The notes beneath the pieces are model-generated. The model saw nothing but the letters and a program-made list of their open reading frames with translations. It searched no databases and had not been told where the DNA came from. Position numbers and translations under genes: made by a program. A DNA stretch of 64,000 nucleotides from Opitutales bacterium. Its GTDB lineage: Bacteria > Verrucomicrobiota > Verrucomicrobiia > Opitutales > PNEW01. Below are positions 20,463 through 30,238 of this stretch, piece by piece (position 1 is the stretch's first letter; each line of letters begins with the position of its first letter). The stretch covers positions 1,248,001 through 1,312,000 of the forward strand of contig CBDANS010000007.1 of the NCBI GenBank assembly GCA_965197745.1, read 5' to 3'.

Positions 20463-21104
20463 ATGGCTAAATCCTCTAAAGCGACCACTGCCCTGGGTTT
20501 TGCAGAGGTTCCCTTCTGGAGTATCAGCGCGGTCGTAGCGGATACTATGGTTAAAGAGGTCGGGGTCAAACTACTTGGTTTAGATACTACTACTCTTGAG
20601 AGTATATTAATTCGCGTTTCCGGTGAAGTATCTGATGTTAATGCCTCCCTGCAAACAGCTGTTGATTATGGGGATGTATTGGGGGTTAATGTGCTTACCG
20701 GGATCGTAACTTCCCCGGCAGAGGGATTTGAGGGGGCCGTCAATTATGCAAATAGCATCAACCCCCTCTATGGAGCGCGCGAACAGTTTTTACCAGACGA
20801 TTATAAATTAACACAGAAACAAAATATGAATGATAAACAACATGCATTAGGATTCCTCGAGACGCAGGGGCTGATCGCAGTATTGGAAGCGACAGATGCG
20901 ATGCTCAAAGCTGCTAATGTCACCCTTGTGGGGAAAGAGAAAATTGGAGCTGCTTACGTTACGGTGGTGATCAGGGGCGACGTTGCCGCGGTCACTGCGG
21001 CAGTAGAGGCAGGTAGAGAAGCGGCTAATGGATTAGGGAAAATTATCGCTTCGCATGTAATTGCGCGTCCCCATGCCGATCTCGCGGCGCTACTTCCTGC
21101 TTAA
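20463..21104 (+). CDS. Bacterial microcompartment shell protein with two BMC domains
   Basis: C-domain ALGFLET...DAMLKAANV...KIGAAY...GDVAAV...HVIARPH; divergent N-domain ALGFAEV...DTMVK...GEVSDV. Confidence 0.9.
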   Translation: MAKSSKATTALGFAEVPFWSISAVVADTMVKEVGVKLLGLDTTTLESILIRVSGEVSDVNASLQTAVDYGDVLGVNVLTGIVTSPAEGFEGAVNYANSINPLYGAREQFLPDDYKLTQKQNMNDKQHALGFLETQGLIAVLEATDAMLKAANVTLVGKEKIGAAYVTVVIRGDVAAVTAAVEAGREAANGLGKIIASHVIARPHADLAALLPA

Positions 21105-21214
21105 ACACTGAGTTCATACGATAAGCGTTTTTCTTATTGCGCGATAGGATCTCAGAATTCTATTTTCATCGATGCAGAGATATTCGGTTAGTTGATTCAG
21201 TTCAGGCTTATGAA

Positions 21215-22369
21215 ATGGCTAAGTATATTTTTGCAGCAACAGTCATTTGCGTTTATTGTGTATCTCATGGTTCAATGATAGAGTCGCATTCTATTAATCA
21301 GAAGGATCTTTTTGTGAGCGGTAGTGAAGGTTATCACACTTACCGCATCCCCGCCTTACTGGTATCAAAAAAAGGAACAGTGATGGCTTTTTGTGAAGGG
21401 CGCAAAACGGGACGAAGCGATACTGGAGATATTGATATGCTTGTCAAACGTTCTGAGGACGGTGGTAAAACCTGGAGTAAACAACAGGTGATCTGGGACG
21501 ACGCAGCAAATGTCTGTGGCAATCCCTGTCCGGTTTTAGATAAAGATACAGGAACCATCTGGCTCTTGATGACCTGGAATCTTGGGACAGATCGTGAGAG
21601 TGAGATCATCGCCCAGACAAGCGATGACACGCGTCGAATTTATGTTACATCCTCCAATGACGATGGTTTGACATGGGAAACGCCAAAGGAGATCACGGCG
21701 ACGGTTAAGGAACCCGGATGGACCTGGTATGCAACCGGGCCCTGTACGGGAATTCAGATTCAACAGGGAGAAAATAAAGGCCGCCTTATAATACCCTGTG
21801 ACCATATAGAAGCTGAGACAATGAAATACTATTCACATGTTATCTATTCGGACGATCATGGCGTGTCGTGGAAATTAGGGGGAACGACACCGGTTGATCA
21901 GGTGAATGAATGCCAGGCGGTGGAACTTGCGAACGGGAGTATTATGCTCAATATGCGTAATTACGATCGAAGCAAAAATTCGCGCGCCGTATCTAAAAGT
22001 GATGATGGCGGCATAACATGGGGTCGATTAAACCGAGACCCTGTACTTATTGAACCGATATGCCAGGCGAGTATTATTCGTTACACCCAGATCCCTCACC
22101 AGGAAAAAAACCGAATCCTTTTCAGTAATCCCGCCAGTAAAACAGATCGCGAGAGAATGACCGTCAGGCTCAGTTACGACGAGGGTAAATCTTGGGCAGT
22201 GTCAAAATTACTCCATGAGGGTCCCTCAGCTTATTCTGATCTGGCGATTTTACCTCAGGGTAAGATCGCCTGCTTATATGAAAGCGGGGAAACTCATCCC
22301 TATGAGAAAATCACTTTGGCCAGCTTTGATCTGTCTTGGTTGACGGATGGGGAGGATGTTCTCGAATAG
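21215..22369 (+). CDS. Exo-alpha-sialidase family protein (GH33), secreted
   Basis: YRIP motif and five Asp-boxes (SEDGGKTW, SNDDGLTW, SDDHGVSW, SDDGGITW, SYDEGKSW); signal-like N-terminus from ATG 21215. Confidence 0.9.
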   Translation: MAKYIFAATVICVYCVSHGSMIESHSINQKDLFVSGSEGYHTYRIPALLVSKKGTVMAFCEGRKTGRSDTGDIDMLVKRSEDGGKTWSKQQVIWDDAANVCGNPCPVLDKDTGTIWLLMTWNLGTDRESEIIAQTSDDTRRIYVTSSNDDGLTWETPKEITATVKEPGWTWYATGPCTGIQIQQGENKGRLIIPCDHIEAETMKYYSHVIYSDDHGVSWKLGGTTPVDQVNECQAVELANGSIMLNMRNYDRSKNSRAVSKSDDGGITWGRLNRDPVLIEPICQASIIRYTQIPHQEKNRILFSNPASKTDRERMTVRLSYDEGKSWAVSKLLHEGPSAYSDLAILPQGKIACLYESGETHPYEKITLASFDLSWLTDGEDVLE

Positions 22370-22373
22370 TGTC

Positions 22374-23405
22374 ATGGCCAGGATCAAAGACCATCGTGAG
22401 TACCCACAAGGTAAAGTCCCTTTGATTGATGTCGAGGGGACTGCGTATGACTGCGGTGTCATGCTCGGATATGCCTGGCAGGAGTCTTTACAGTTTAGGG
22501 CAAGTCAGATTGTTCCCGGTTCGATTCCGTGGTGGAAAGATAACAAATTCAGTCGGCTCATAAAAAAATATATGCCGCATATTCCCGATGTATTTCTGGG
22601 GATGGCTAAAGGATCGGGGTTAAATGAAAATCAGATAGGAACTATCGGTCAGGTAGAAGATGACGGGTGCACTTCTTTCGCGATTCAACCTTCCGCGTCC
22701 CTCGACGGCATCCCTATCTCGGGACAATCTAAGGACACCGATGCCTTCCGCCAGTTTCAATTTCAGGTGTTGCGCATGAAAATGAGTAACGCGCCATCAG
22801 CATTAACGCTAACTTACCCGGGTTGGCTTTTCGGACACGGGTTTGTTGAAGGCCGTTGTTCAATATTTCGCAATGCCCTTTACGTTGACGATCCCAAGGG
22901 TGAGTTGCCCTATTCAGCCTGGGGATTGATTGCCTTGCACTGCTCTTGCGTGGAAGAGGTGATAGAAATAACTAAACAATATCGCGTTGAATTATGCGCT
23001 CACTGTACTGTTGCCGATGAGAAGGGTGGGGTTGCGGGAATTGAAATCACGCCCCATGGAATAGGTATTCTTAAACCCAAGCGTGGAATATATACCCATG
23101 CTAATTGTGTAGTCTCAAATAAACGCCTGGCGAAGACTGAAAAATTCGGACAGTTTACTCGTGAAAATTCGATTATGCGTGAGAATGCACTGCGCAAGAA
23201 TCTGGAACCCAACAGCGGTCGATTAACCGCGCAGTTAGCTTACTGCAGCTTTTGTGATTTCAACGACTTTCCCGACAGCATCGAACGCCATGTCGGAGAC
23301 ATCGGCCTTACTACCGCCGTCGTCATCGCCGAGCCAACCCTGGGTAAATTGCATGTCACCCGGGGCGCAGCTTCACGTAATTGGCCGGTAACTTACAGTT
23401 TGTAA
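22374..23405 (+). CDS. Peptidase C45 / acyl-CoA:6-APA acyltransferase family Ntn-hydrolase
   Basis: Autocleavage motif DGCTSFA, GQxKD, HAN; start taken at ATG 22374. Confidence 0.78.
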   Translation: MARIKDHREYPQGKVPLIDVEGTAYDCGVMLGYAWQESLQFRASQIVPGSIPWWKDNKFSRLIKKYMPHIPDVFLGMAKGSGLNENQIGTIGQVEDDGCTSFAIQPSASLDGIPISGQSKDTDAFRQFQFQVLRMKMSNAPSALTLTYPGWLFGHGFVEGRCSIFRNALYVDDPKGELPYSAWGLIALHCSCVEEVIEITKQYRVELCAHCTVADEKGGVAGIEITPHGIGILKPKRGIYTHANCVVSNKRLAKTEKFGQFTRENSIMRENALRKNLEPNSGRLTAQLAYCSFCDFNDFPDSIERHVGDIGLTTAVVIAEPTLGKLHVTRGAASRNWPVTYSL

Positions 23406-23489
23406 GCGGTGGGGGTTAAGAAGTGATCCGTTCATATTAAAGCTCCGTCTTCGTCAATTAATAACTATAAAATATAATTATACTTTTTT

Positions 23490-23558
23490 AGCGGCCACGA
23501 CGGAGCGTGGCCCTCCAGTAAAGAAGAAAAGGGAGGGCCACGCTCCGTCGTGGCCGCT
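23490..23558. repeat. GGAG-tagged REP-like doublet (perfect 27-bp inverted repeat)
   Basis: agcggccacgacggagcgtggccctcc ... ggagggccacgctccgtcgtggccgct. Confidence 0.9.
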
Positions 23559-23726
23559 CAAACCTATGAATCATTATATTAATGTGAATAACTGGCGGGA
23601 CGAAGAGTCAGTGGCTGGCTAAACTTTAAGGTATGATAATTGAAATAATAATCTTCGTCTACGTCTGCCTCCTCGTCTTCGTCCGAGAATATAATCGACA
23701 AGATTAGTTATAAAAATTGCAACACA

Positions 23727-23802
23727 AGGTGGAGCGGGCTGTCCCAGCACGCTTTTTCAAATATAATTTAATCTAACGCGCTAGAAACAGCGCGTTCCAC
23801 CT
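23727..23802. repeat. GTGG-tagged REP-like doublet
   Basis: ggtggagcgggctgtcccagcacgc ... acgcgctagaaacagcgcgttccacc; relatives at 60332-60436 and 63438-63505. Confidence 0.8.
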
Positions 23803-23910
23803 ATTATCGTTGTTAATAACAGGACGCAGACGAAGAGTCAGAGGCAGACGAAGAGGACTACTTGAACGAAGCTAATCGCCACGTATTCTGTCTACTCATC
23901 TCCCCCCTAC

Positions 23911-24939
23911 CTAGGCGTGAGCGGGGACGGTCTCTTTAACGAGTTCGACTAATTTATCCGCGTTGGGGAGATAAAAATTTTCCAATTCAGGTGAGAATGG
24001 CACCGGTGTGTGCGGAGGTGTAAGCATTTTTGGCGCTGCATTAAGACTGTCAAACGCCTTTGAGGAAGCGAGAGCGACAACATCCGTTGCAATGGAACAC
24101 CGTGGATTGTCTTCATCGACAACAATCAGATGCCCTGTTTTTCGCACTGAATTCAGAATCAATTCCTCGTCAAGCGGTGACATCGAACGGGGATCTACCA
24201 CTTCCACACTGATATCGTCCTGAGACAGTTTTTCGGCTGCTTCATAAGCGATAAGCACCATTTTAGAAAAAGCTACTATTGTTATATCGGTACCCTCGCG
24301 AACGACCTCTCCTTTTCCAATGGGGAGAAGATATTCTTCTTCGGGAACAGGTCCCTTGGTGTCATAGAGACCCTTGTGCTCGACAAAAATAACGAGATCG
24401 TCATCACGAATCGCGGATTTTAACAGGCCTTTAGCGTCATAGGGTGTTGATGGGGTAACCAGTTTTAACCCCGGAAGGTGTACGAGAAGTGAATGACAGG
24501 AATGTGAATGCTGGGCCGCGGCCTGAAAACCTCCCCCGATCATTGTTCGCATCACCATTGGGACCTTTGCTTTGCCCCCGAACATATAACGCATGGCCGA
24601 TGCCTGATTCATGATCTGATCAAGACAGAATCCAAGGAAATCGATAAACATTAATTCTACGATAGGTCGCATCCCGCTGGCCGCTGCACCCGCGGCGCAA
24701 CCGACAATGGCACCTTCAGTTATTGGAGTGTCTCGGACACGTGATTTCCCATATTTCCCAACCAGTCCCTTGGTAACACCGAACGGACCACCCCACGCAT
24801 CAAACTCATCTGGGGCTTCATTTTGCGCACCGCCCGCAATATCCTGTCCAAGGACAAAAACGCTTTCATCACGCGCCATTTCTTCATGCAACGCTTCATT
24901 GAGGGCTTGTCGGTATGTAACTTTTTTTCTATCGGCCAT
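23911..24939 (-). CDS. acoB: Acetoin dehydrogenase-like E1 beta subunit
   Basis: DAWGGxxGVTKGL insert typical of AcoB, DTPITE, AAQHS, EHK, VVDPRS. Confidence 0.82.
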   Translation of the reverse strand: MADRKKVTYRQALNEALHEEMARDESVFVLGQDIAGGAQNEAPDEFDAWGGPFGVTKGLVGKYGKSRVRDTPITEGAIVGCAAGAAASGMRPIVELMFIDFLGFCLDQIMNQASAMRYMFGGKAKVPMVMRTMIGGGFQAAAQHSHSCHSLLVHLPGLKLVTPSTPYDAKGLLKSAIRDDDLVIFVEHKGLYDTKGPVPEEEYLLPIGKGEVVREGTDITIVAFSKMVLIAYEAAEKLSQDDISVEVVDPRSMSPLDEELILNSVRKTGHLIVVDEDNPRCSIATDVVALASSKAFDSLNAAPKMLTPPHTPVPFSPELENFYLPNADKLVELVKETVPAHA

Positions 24940-24957
24940 GACTTAATACTCCTAAAT

Positions 24958-25968
24958 TTAATAATTTACATAAACATCATTCAGACAGTCTTCGGGATCT
25001 GGAAAGGGAGAAGACCTGCCAAATTCGATTGCGTTTTTGATAGCATCCGCGACTTTTTCATCGATAGCTTTCATATCATCGGCAGTAACACCAATGGCCG
25101 GAGCGACATCATTGGCAAATAAGACCAGGGGGTCGCGTTTTCGCGCTTCGATGGCTTCGTTAGGATCTCGATACTTTAAGTTGTCTCCTTCATAGTGCCC
25201 ATAGAAGCGGGTCGTTTTACATTCAAGTAGAGAGGGTCCTTTCCCGACTCGGGCGCGTTCGGCAGCTTCTTTGGTCGCACGGTGAACAGCGATAATGTCC
25301 TGACCGTCAACAATAACTCCAGGAATATTATAGGACTTAGCACGTACTGCGAGGTCCTTAACATTCATTGCATAGGAAGTCGCTGTAGTCTGTGCATAGC
25401 CATTGTTTTCACAGACGAAAACACAGGGCAGATCCCAAATCGATGCAAGGTTCAGGGATTCGTGGAAGATGCCTTCGTTGGTTGCGCCGTCACCAAAAAA
25501 ACACACGGCGACCTGACCGCTGTTTCGCAATTGGGCGGATAGGGCCGCACCCACTGCAATCGGGGTGCTGCCGGCAACAATACCATTAGCGCCGAGCATC
25601 CCCTTAGAAAAGTCGGCGATATGCATCGACCCTCCCTTCCCTTTGCAAATACCCGTAGCACGTCCGTAGAGCTCAGCCATCATGCCATCTATGGAAACCC
25701 CTTTGGCAACGCAGTGTCCATGGCCGCGATGAGTGGAAGTGATATAATCGTCATCGTTAATTGCGGTCATTACACCGGAGGCCACGGCCTCTTCACCCAC
25801 GTAAACGTGGACGAAACCGGGGAGCTCTCCTGCCGCGTTCAGTTCGTGGACGGATTCGTCAAATTCGCGAACGCGTCGCATGTTTTCATACATCCTTAAT
25901 CCCAGTGCATGATCGATATCAGCAAATGCTGTGGTCTCTTTGGTTTTTTCAGTTGTTACCTCAGCCAT
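24958..25968 (-). CDS. acoA: Acetoin dehydrogenase-like E1 alpha subunit (TPP)
   Basis: PGFVH, STHRGHGH, GKGGSMH, GDGA...ENN TPP motif, GHYEGD. Confidence 0.82.
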   Translation of the reverse strand: MAEVTTEKTKETTAFADIDHALGLRMYENMRRVREFDESVHELNAAGELPGFVHVYVGEEAVASGVMTAINDDDYITSTHRGHGHCVAKGVSIDGMMAELYGRATGICKGKGGSMHIADFSKGMLGANGIVAGSTPIAVGAALSAQLRNSGQVAVCFFGDGATNEGIFHESLNLASIWDLPCVFVCENNGYAQTTATSYAMNVKDLAVRAKSYNIPGVIVDGQDIIAVHRATKEAAERARVGKGPSLLECKTTRFYGHYEGDNLKYRDPNEAIEARKRDPLVLFANDVAPAIGVTADDMKAIDEKVADAIKNAIEFGRSSPFPDPEDCLNDVYVNY

Positions 25969-25969
25969 T

Positions 25970-26983
25970 TTATTCGTCCTCCAATCCCAGGTTTTCTATT
26001 TTTTCAATTAAATCTTTCAGAAAAGCAGCTCCCGCAGCGCCATCTGCCACGCGATGGTCTAAAGTTAATCCCAATTCTATAAACGGGGCAAGGGCTATCT
26101 GACCATTTTCTCCAGAAACCGCCAATTGCTGAATGCGTCCCACGGAAAGGATGCCTGCTTGAGAGGGGTAGAGCAAAGCGGTAAAACGATCGATAGGAAA
26201 CATTCCCAGATTAGTAACGGTAAAGGTGCCGCCTTCCAGTTCATCCGTCAGGGCACTGCGCGAGCGCACCAGATCGACCAGATGATTCCTTTTCTCACCG
26301 ATTTGAGGGAGTGATAAGCCACAGGCCCCTTTGATTACAGGAATCATCAAGCCCTCATCCATGGCGATAGCGAGTCCGACGTTTGCCTTTGAATGGAGGC
26401 GCAGCCCCGCTTCTTCATAGGAGGAATTAATACGGGGATGTTCTTTTAAGGTACGAGAGACGCAGAAAATAACAGCATCATCATAGGCGATGGTTCTATC
26501 CAACTCGCGAAGCTCCATCATCCTTGAGGCCGAAGCACGGGAGAAAAGAGTAATTTGTGGGATAGCCGCTGATTGAGTGACAGTACGCGTAATTGCTTTA
26601 CGCATATCAGACCAGGATTCCAAACTGCCAGCATCGGGTTGAGTTTCACTTTTCTCGACGGGAGCCGTTACCGGAGATACAGCGCTTGCGACCTGGCTTC
26701 CTGATCCCCCAGTATCTTCAGTGGAGATATCGCTTTCCGATTCTCCGTCCGCAAGGATCCATGCGATTGTTTCGGCCACATCAACTTCATCACCTTCATT
26801 TGCCGTAATACGCACCAGCGTACCGTCCGCCGGTGAACTCAACTGATTAACAATTTTATCGGTTTCGATTTCCGCGATTTCCTGTTTTTTTTCAATCTTG
26901 TCACCTTCTTTAACGAGCCATGAGACAAGCGTCCCTTCAGTCATCGTCAAACCGAGTTTGGGCATTTTTACGGGAACCGGCAT
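25970..26983 (-). CDS. acoC: Dihydrolipoamide acyltransferase E2 (lipoyl + catalytic domains)
   Basis: MPKLGLTMTEG, ETDKI lipoyl site, GTFTVTNLG, DHRVADG. Confidence 0.8.
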   Translation of the reverse strand: MPVPVKMPKLGLTMTEGTLVSWLVKEGDKIEKKQEIAEIETDKIVNQLSSPADGTLVRITANEGDEVDVAETIAWILADGESESDISTEDTGGSGSQVASAVSPVTAPVEKSETQPDAGSLESWSDMRKAITRTVTQSAAIPQITLFSRASASRMMELRELDRTIAYDDAVIFCVSRTLKEHPRINSSYEEAGLRLHSKANVGLAIAMDEGLMIPVIKGACGLSLPQIGEKRNHLVDLVRSRSALTDELEGGTFTVTNLGMFPIDRFTALLYPSQAGILSVGRIQQLAVSGENGQIALAPFIELGLTLDHRVADGAAGAAFLKDLIEKIENLGLEDE

Positions 26984-27097
26984 GGTCTTAAATTCGTTTA
27001 ATTATGTACCAGAAAAATGTGAATATTGTTAAAAGACAAATGAAATTTATCTCATGAGGTCTCTATTTACCTGGTTTAACTAACTGAGTTTTAAAGA

Positions 27098-27874
27098 TTA
27101 TATGCCTTTCGTAAGAAATCCCCCGTCAATGTAAAGATCCTGACCGGTAATATAACTGGATGCATCAGAAGCCAAAAAAATAACCAGCCCGGATAGATCG
27201 TCAAGCTGGCCCCAGCGGTTTAAAAAAGTCGTTTCGGCTCTCACTTTCCGTTTTTCGGGGTCATTCCATGATTTTTCGGAGATATTCGTTCTGAAATAGC
27301 CGGGCCCAATAGCATTGGCCCTAACCCCATAGCTGCCAAGATCCATCGCGAGCGATTTCGTTAATTGTTTGAGACCTCCCTTGGAAGCGACGTAAGCGGG
27401 ATTATTTGAGAACCCGCGTTCCGCGTTGATGCTTGTGATATTGATAATCGACCCTTTCTTCTGTTCTTTCATCATTTTGCCAAATCGCTTGCTTAATTGA
27501 AAAGGTACTTCGAGGTTTACTTTCATTGTCTTGTGCCACAATTCGTCGGGGTAGTCGAGAGCATCACGCTGAAAGGAAAGGCCCGCGCAATTTACTAAGA
27601 TATCGATTCTCTGATAAGTCACCTCAACATATTCGACCAGTTCTTCAATCTGTTTCAGATCAGTGAGGTCACAATATTTTTCATACGCATCCAACCCTTC
27701 GTTTTTATATTTTTCGATTATCTCCGTTAGACCTTCTTGATCCAAGTCAACAAGGACAACGGTAGCTCCAGCCTTAAGCAGGGCATCGGTTAAAGCGCCG
27801 CCTATTCCACCACAAGCGCCAGTAACAAGCGCAATTTTATCTTTCAGGGAGAATAAGGTTTCTATGTAGGACAT
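27098..27874 (-). CDS. SDR oxidoreductase (gluconate 5-dehydrogenase/KduD-like)
   Basis: TGACGGIG, VNCAG, YVASK, PGYFRT. Confidence 0.9.
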   Translation of the reverse strand: MSYIETLFSLKDKIALVTGACGGIGGALTDALLKAGATVVLVDLDQEGLTEIIEKYKNEGLDAYEKYCDLTDLKQIEELVEYVEVTYQRIDILVNCAGLSFQRDALDYPDELWHKTMKVNLEVPFQLSKRFGKMMKEQKKGSIINITSINAERGFSNNPAYVASKGGLKQLTKSLAMDLGSYGVRANAIGPGYFRTNISEKSWNDPEKRKVRAETTFLNRWGQLDDLSGLVIFLASDASSYITGQDLYIDGGFLTKGI

Positions 27875-28001
27875 CAGGTTACCTGTCTTTTTTCTTGGGT
27901 GAATTTTAATTGGTGAAGCAAAAGATCATTTTATAAGTGCTTGACCTGTTAATTATATAAAAGAGATATTTCAAGGGTTTAATCTCTTCTATACTCAGGA
28001 C

Positions 28002-28985
28002 GTGATCCGTTTTTCCGTATTTCTCATCATTGCCGCTGTCCTCACCGCTTGCTCAAGGCATGAAGAATCAGGATATCGTCTCGCCGTCATACCAAAAGGA
28101 TCGACTCATGTATTCTGGAGATCTATACATGCCGGAGCCGTTAAAGCCGAGAGAGAATTTAATGATGCAGGCGTCCCTGTATATATAATTTGGAAAGGTC
28201 CGTTACAGGAAGATAATCGAACCGCGCAAATTTATGTCGTTGAGAATTTTATTGGACAACAGGTAAATGGTATCGTTCTCGCGCCACTTGATGATACCGC
28301 GATTGTGGCACCGGTTGAAAAGGCATACCGAGCAGGGATCCCTGTTGTGGTCATTGATTCCGGTCTTAATTACGATAAACATGTCAGTTTTGTCGCCACC
28401 GATAATTTTAATGGGGGACAGATTGCCGGAAAATACCTGGCCGAACTTCTCGAGGGTAAAGGCAAAGTAATTATGCTTCGGGTCCTCGTCGGCTCTGCCA
28501 GTGGCACGGCGCGGGAAGAAGGATTTTTAGAGGTGATGAAGCAATACCCTGGCATTGAGCTGTTATCGACGAATAAATACGCGGGCGCAACGCGCGATAC
28601 GGCGCAAAGCGCATCACAAAACTTGCTCAATCGTTTTGGTGATGTCGTGGATGGCATATATACCCCCAATGAATCTTCCACCAATGGGATGTTGCTCGCC
28701 CTGCGTGCGATCGGTCGCGCAGGAGGTAAGGTGAAATTTGTGGGTTTCGATGGGGGTGACCAGAATGTTCAGGGACTGGTAAAAGGTGACATTCAAGGGC
28801 TTGTAATACAGGATCCTTTCAACATGGGCTACCTCGGTGTGAAAACAATGCTTGAACACTTGCAGGGCACGATTGTTGAAAAACGGATTGATACGGGTGC
28901 GACCCTCGTGACCCTGGATAATATCCGGAATGAAAAAATTCAAAACCAGCTATTTCCACCCTTAGATGAATATTTAGAATATTAA
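28002..28985 (+). CDS. Sugar-binding lipoprotein (RbsB-like ABC solute-binding protein)
   Basis: Lipobox LTAC, HVFW, VIDS, VATDN, VGFD, QDPFNMG. Confidence 0.9.
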   Translation: MIRFSVFLIIAAVLTACSRHEESGYRLAVIPKGSTHVFWRSIHAGAVKAEREFNDAGVPVYIIWKGPLQEDNRTAQIYVVENFIGQQVNGIVLAPLDDTAIVAPVEKAYRAGIPVVVIDSGLNYDKHVSFVATDNFNGGQIAGKYLAELLEGKGKVIMLRVLVGSASGTAREEGFLEVMKQYPGIELLSTNKYAGATRDTAQSASQNLLNRFGDVVDGIYTPNESSTNGMLLALRAIGRAGGKVKFVGFDGGDQNVQGLVKGDIQGLVIQDPFNMGYLGVKTMLEHLQGTIVEKRIDTGATLVTLDNIRNEKIQNQLFPPLDEYLEY

Positions 28986-29027
28986 TGTTTCAGAAAAATC
29001 AAAACGAGCAACAAAGAGAAAAAATAT

Positions 29028-30206
29028 ATGAATAAACGATTTACCGAGTTGGCAGAATTCTATCGGGATAAACTTCTTAATGACACGATACCATTCTGGG
29101 AGAAATATTCTATCGACCGTGAATGCGGAGGATTTTTCACCTGTCTTGAACGTGACGGGACTGTCTATGATACGGACAAATTTATGTGGCTGCAACCGCG
29201 TCAGGTATGGACATTCGCGATGCTTTACAACCGTTATGAAAAGCGCGATGAGTGGTTGGAGATAGCCAGGCACGGTATTGATTTTGTCACCCGTTATGGT
29301 AAAGACGAAGCAGGTGATTGGTTTTTCAGGCTTACGCGCGAGGGTAAGCCGGTGCTGCACCCCTACAATCCCAATTCCACGGCCCTATTTTCCACTATTG
29401 CCTATGCCGAGTATGCGGCGATAACCCAGGATGAAAAGGATATAGAACTTGCGAGGCAAACATATGATTACCTCGTTTCTGACCGACCCAAACCCTATGC
29501 CCGTTTTGCGAAGGCTTACCCGGGAACGCGCCCCTTGATCGGGTTGGGGGAACCCATGTTTAGAGCCCACGTCTCTTATGAAATAAAGTGGTTAATGGAT
29601 GCGGATGAACTCAATGAAACGATCGATACCTGTATTCAAGCGGTATTCGATAAGTTTCCCGATCCGGATTTAGGAATTTTTCGCGAGAATGTGGCACCTG
29701 ACGGATCATTGGTGGACTCTTTGGAAGGCCGACACGTCAATCCCGGTCACGGTATTGAATGCGTCTGGTTTCTCATGGAAGTTGCTGAATATCGAAAAAA
29801 TACTGAGGCCATAAATAAATGCGTCGAAGTGCTTCTTAAAACATTAGACTTTGCCTGGGATAAAGAATTTGGCGGCATCTATAATTTTATGGATGTGGAA
29901 GGGCACCCGCATCACGATCTTGGATGGAATCAAAAATTATGGTGGCCCCATGACGAATTGCTTATTGCCCTGCCTATGGCTTTCCGCCTTACCGGCAACC
30001 AGGCGTGTTGGGACTGGTTTGAAAAGATCCATGAATATTGCTGGAGCCACTTCAGCGATCCGGAATATGGTGAATGGTATGGGTATTTAGACCGTCGAAG
30101 TGAAGTCTATATGCCCCTTAAAGGCGGCAAGTGGAAGGGGTGTTATCACCACCCGCGAATGTTGTACAAGTGCATGCGCGAGTTTGAAAAGCTTGGTTCC
30201 GGGTGA
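29028..30206 (+). CDS. N-acylglucosamine 2-epimerase (AGE family)
   Basis: DKFMWLQPRQVW, PGHGIE, KLWWPHDE, GEWYGYL, KWKGCYHHPR. Confidence 0.92.
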   Translation: MNKRFTELAEFYRDKLLNDTIPFWEKYSIDRECGGFFTCLERDGTVYDTDKFMWLQPRQVWTFAMLYNRYEKRDEWLEIARHGIDFVTRYGKDEAGDWFFRLTREGKPVLHPYNPNSTALFSTIAYAEYAAITQDEKDIELARQTYDYLVSDRPKPYARFAKAYPGTRPLIGLGEPMFRAHVSYEIKWLMDADELNETIDTCIQAVFDKFPDPDLGIFRENVAPDGSLVDSLEGRHVNPGHGIECVWFLMEVAEYRKNTEAINKCVEVLLKTLDFAWDKEFGGIYNFMDVEGHPHHDLGWNQKLWWPHDELLIALPMAFRLTGNQACWDWFEKIHEYCWSHFSDPEYGEWYGYLDRRSEVYMPLKGGKWKGCYHHPRMLYKCMREFEKLGSG

Positions 30207-30238
30207 GTGCGTTTTAAGGCTCGGGTATTCGTTGCCTA

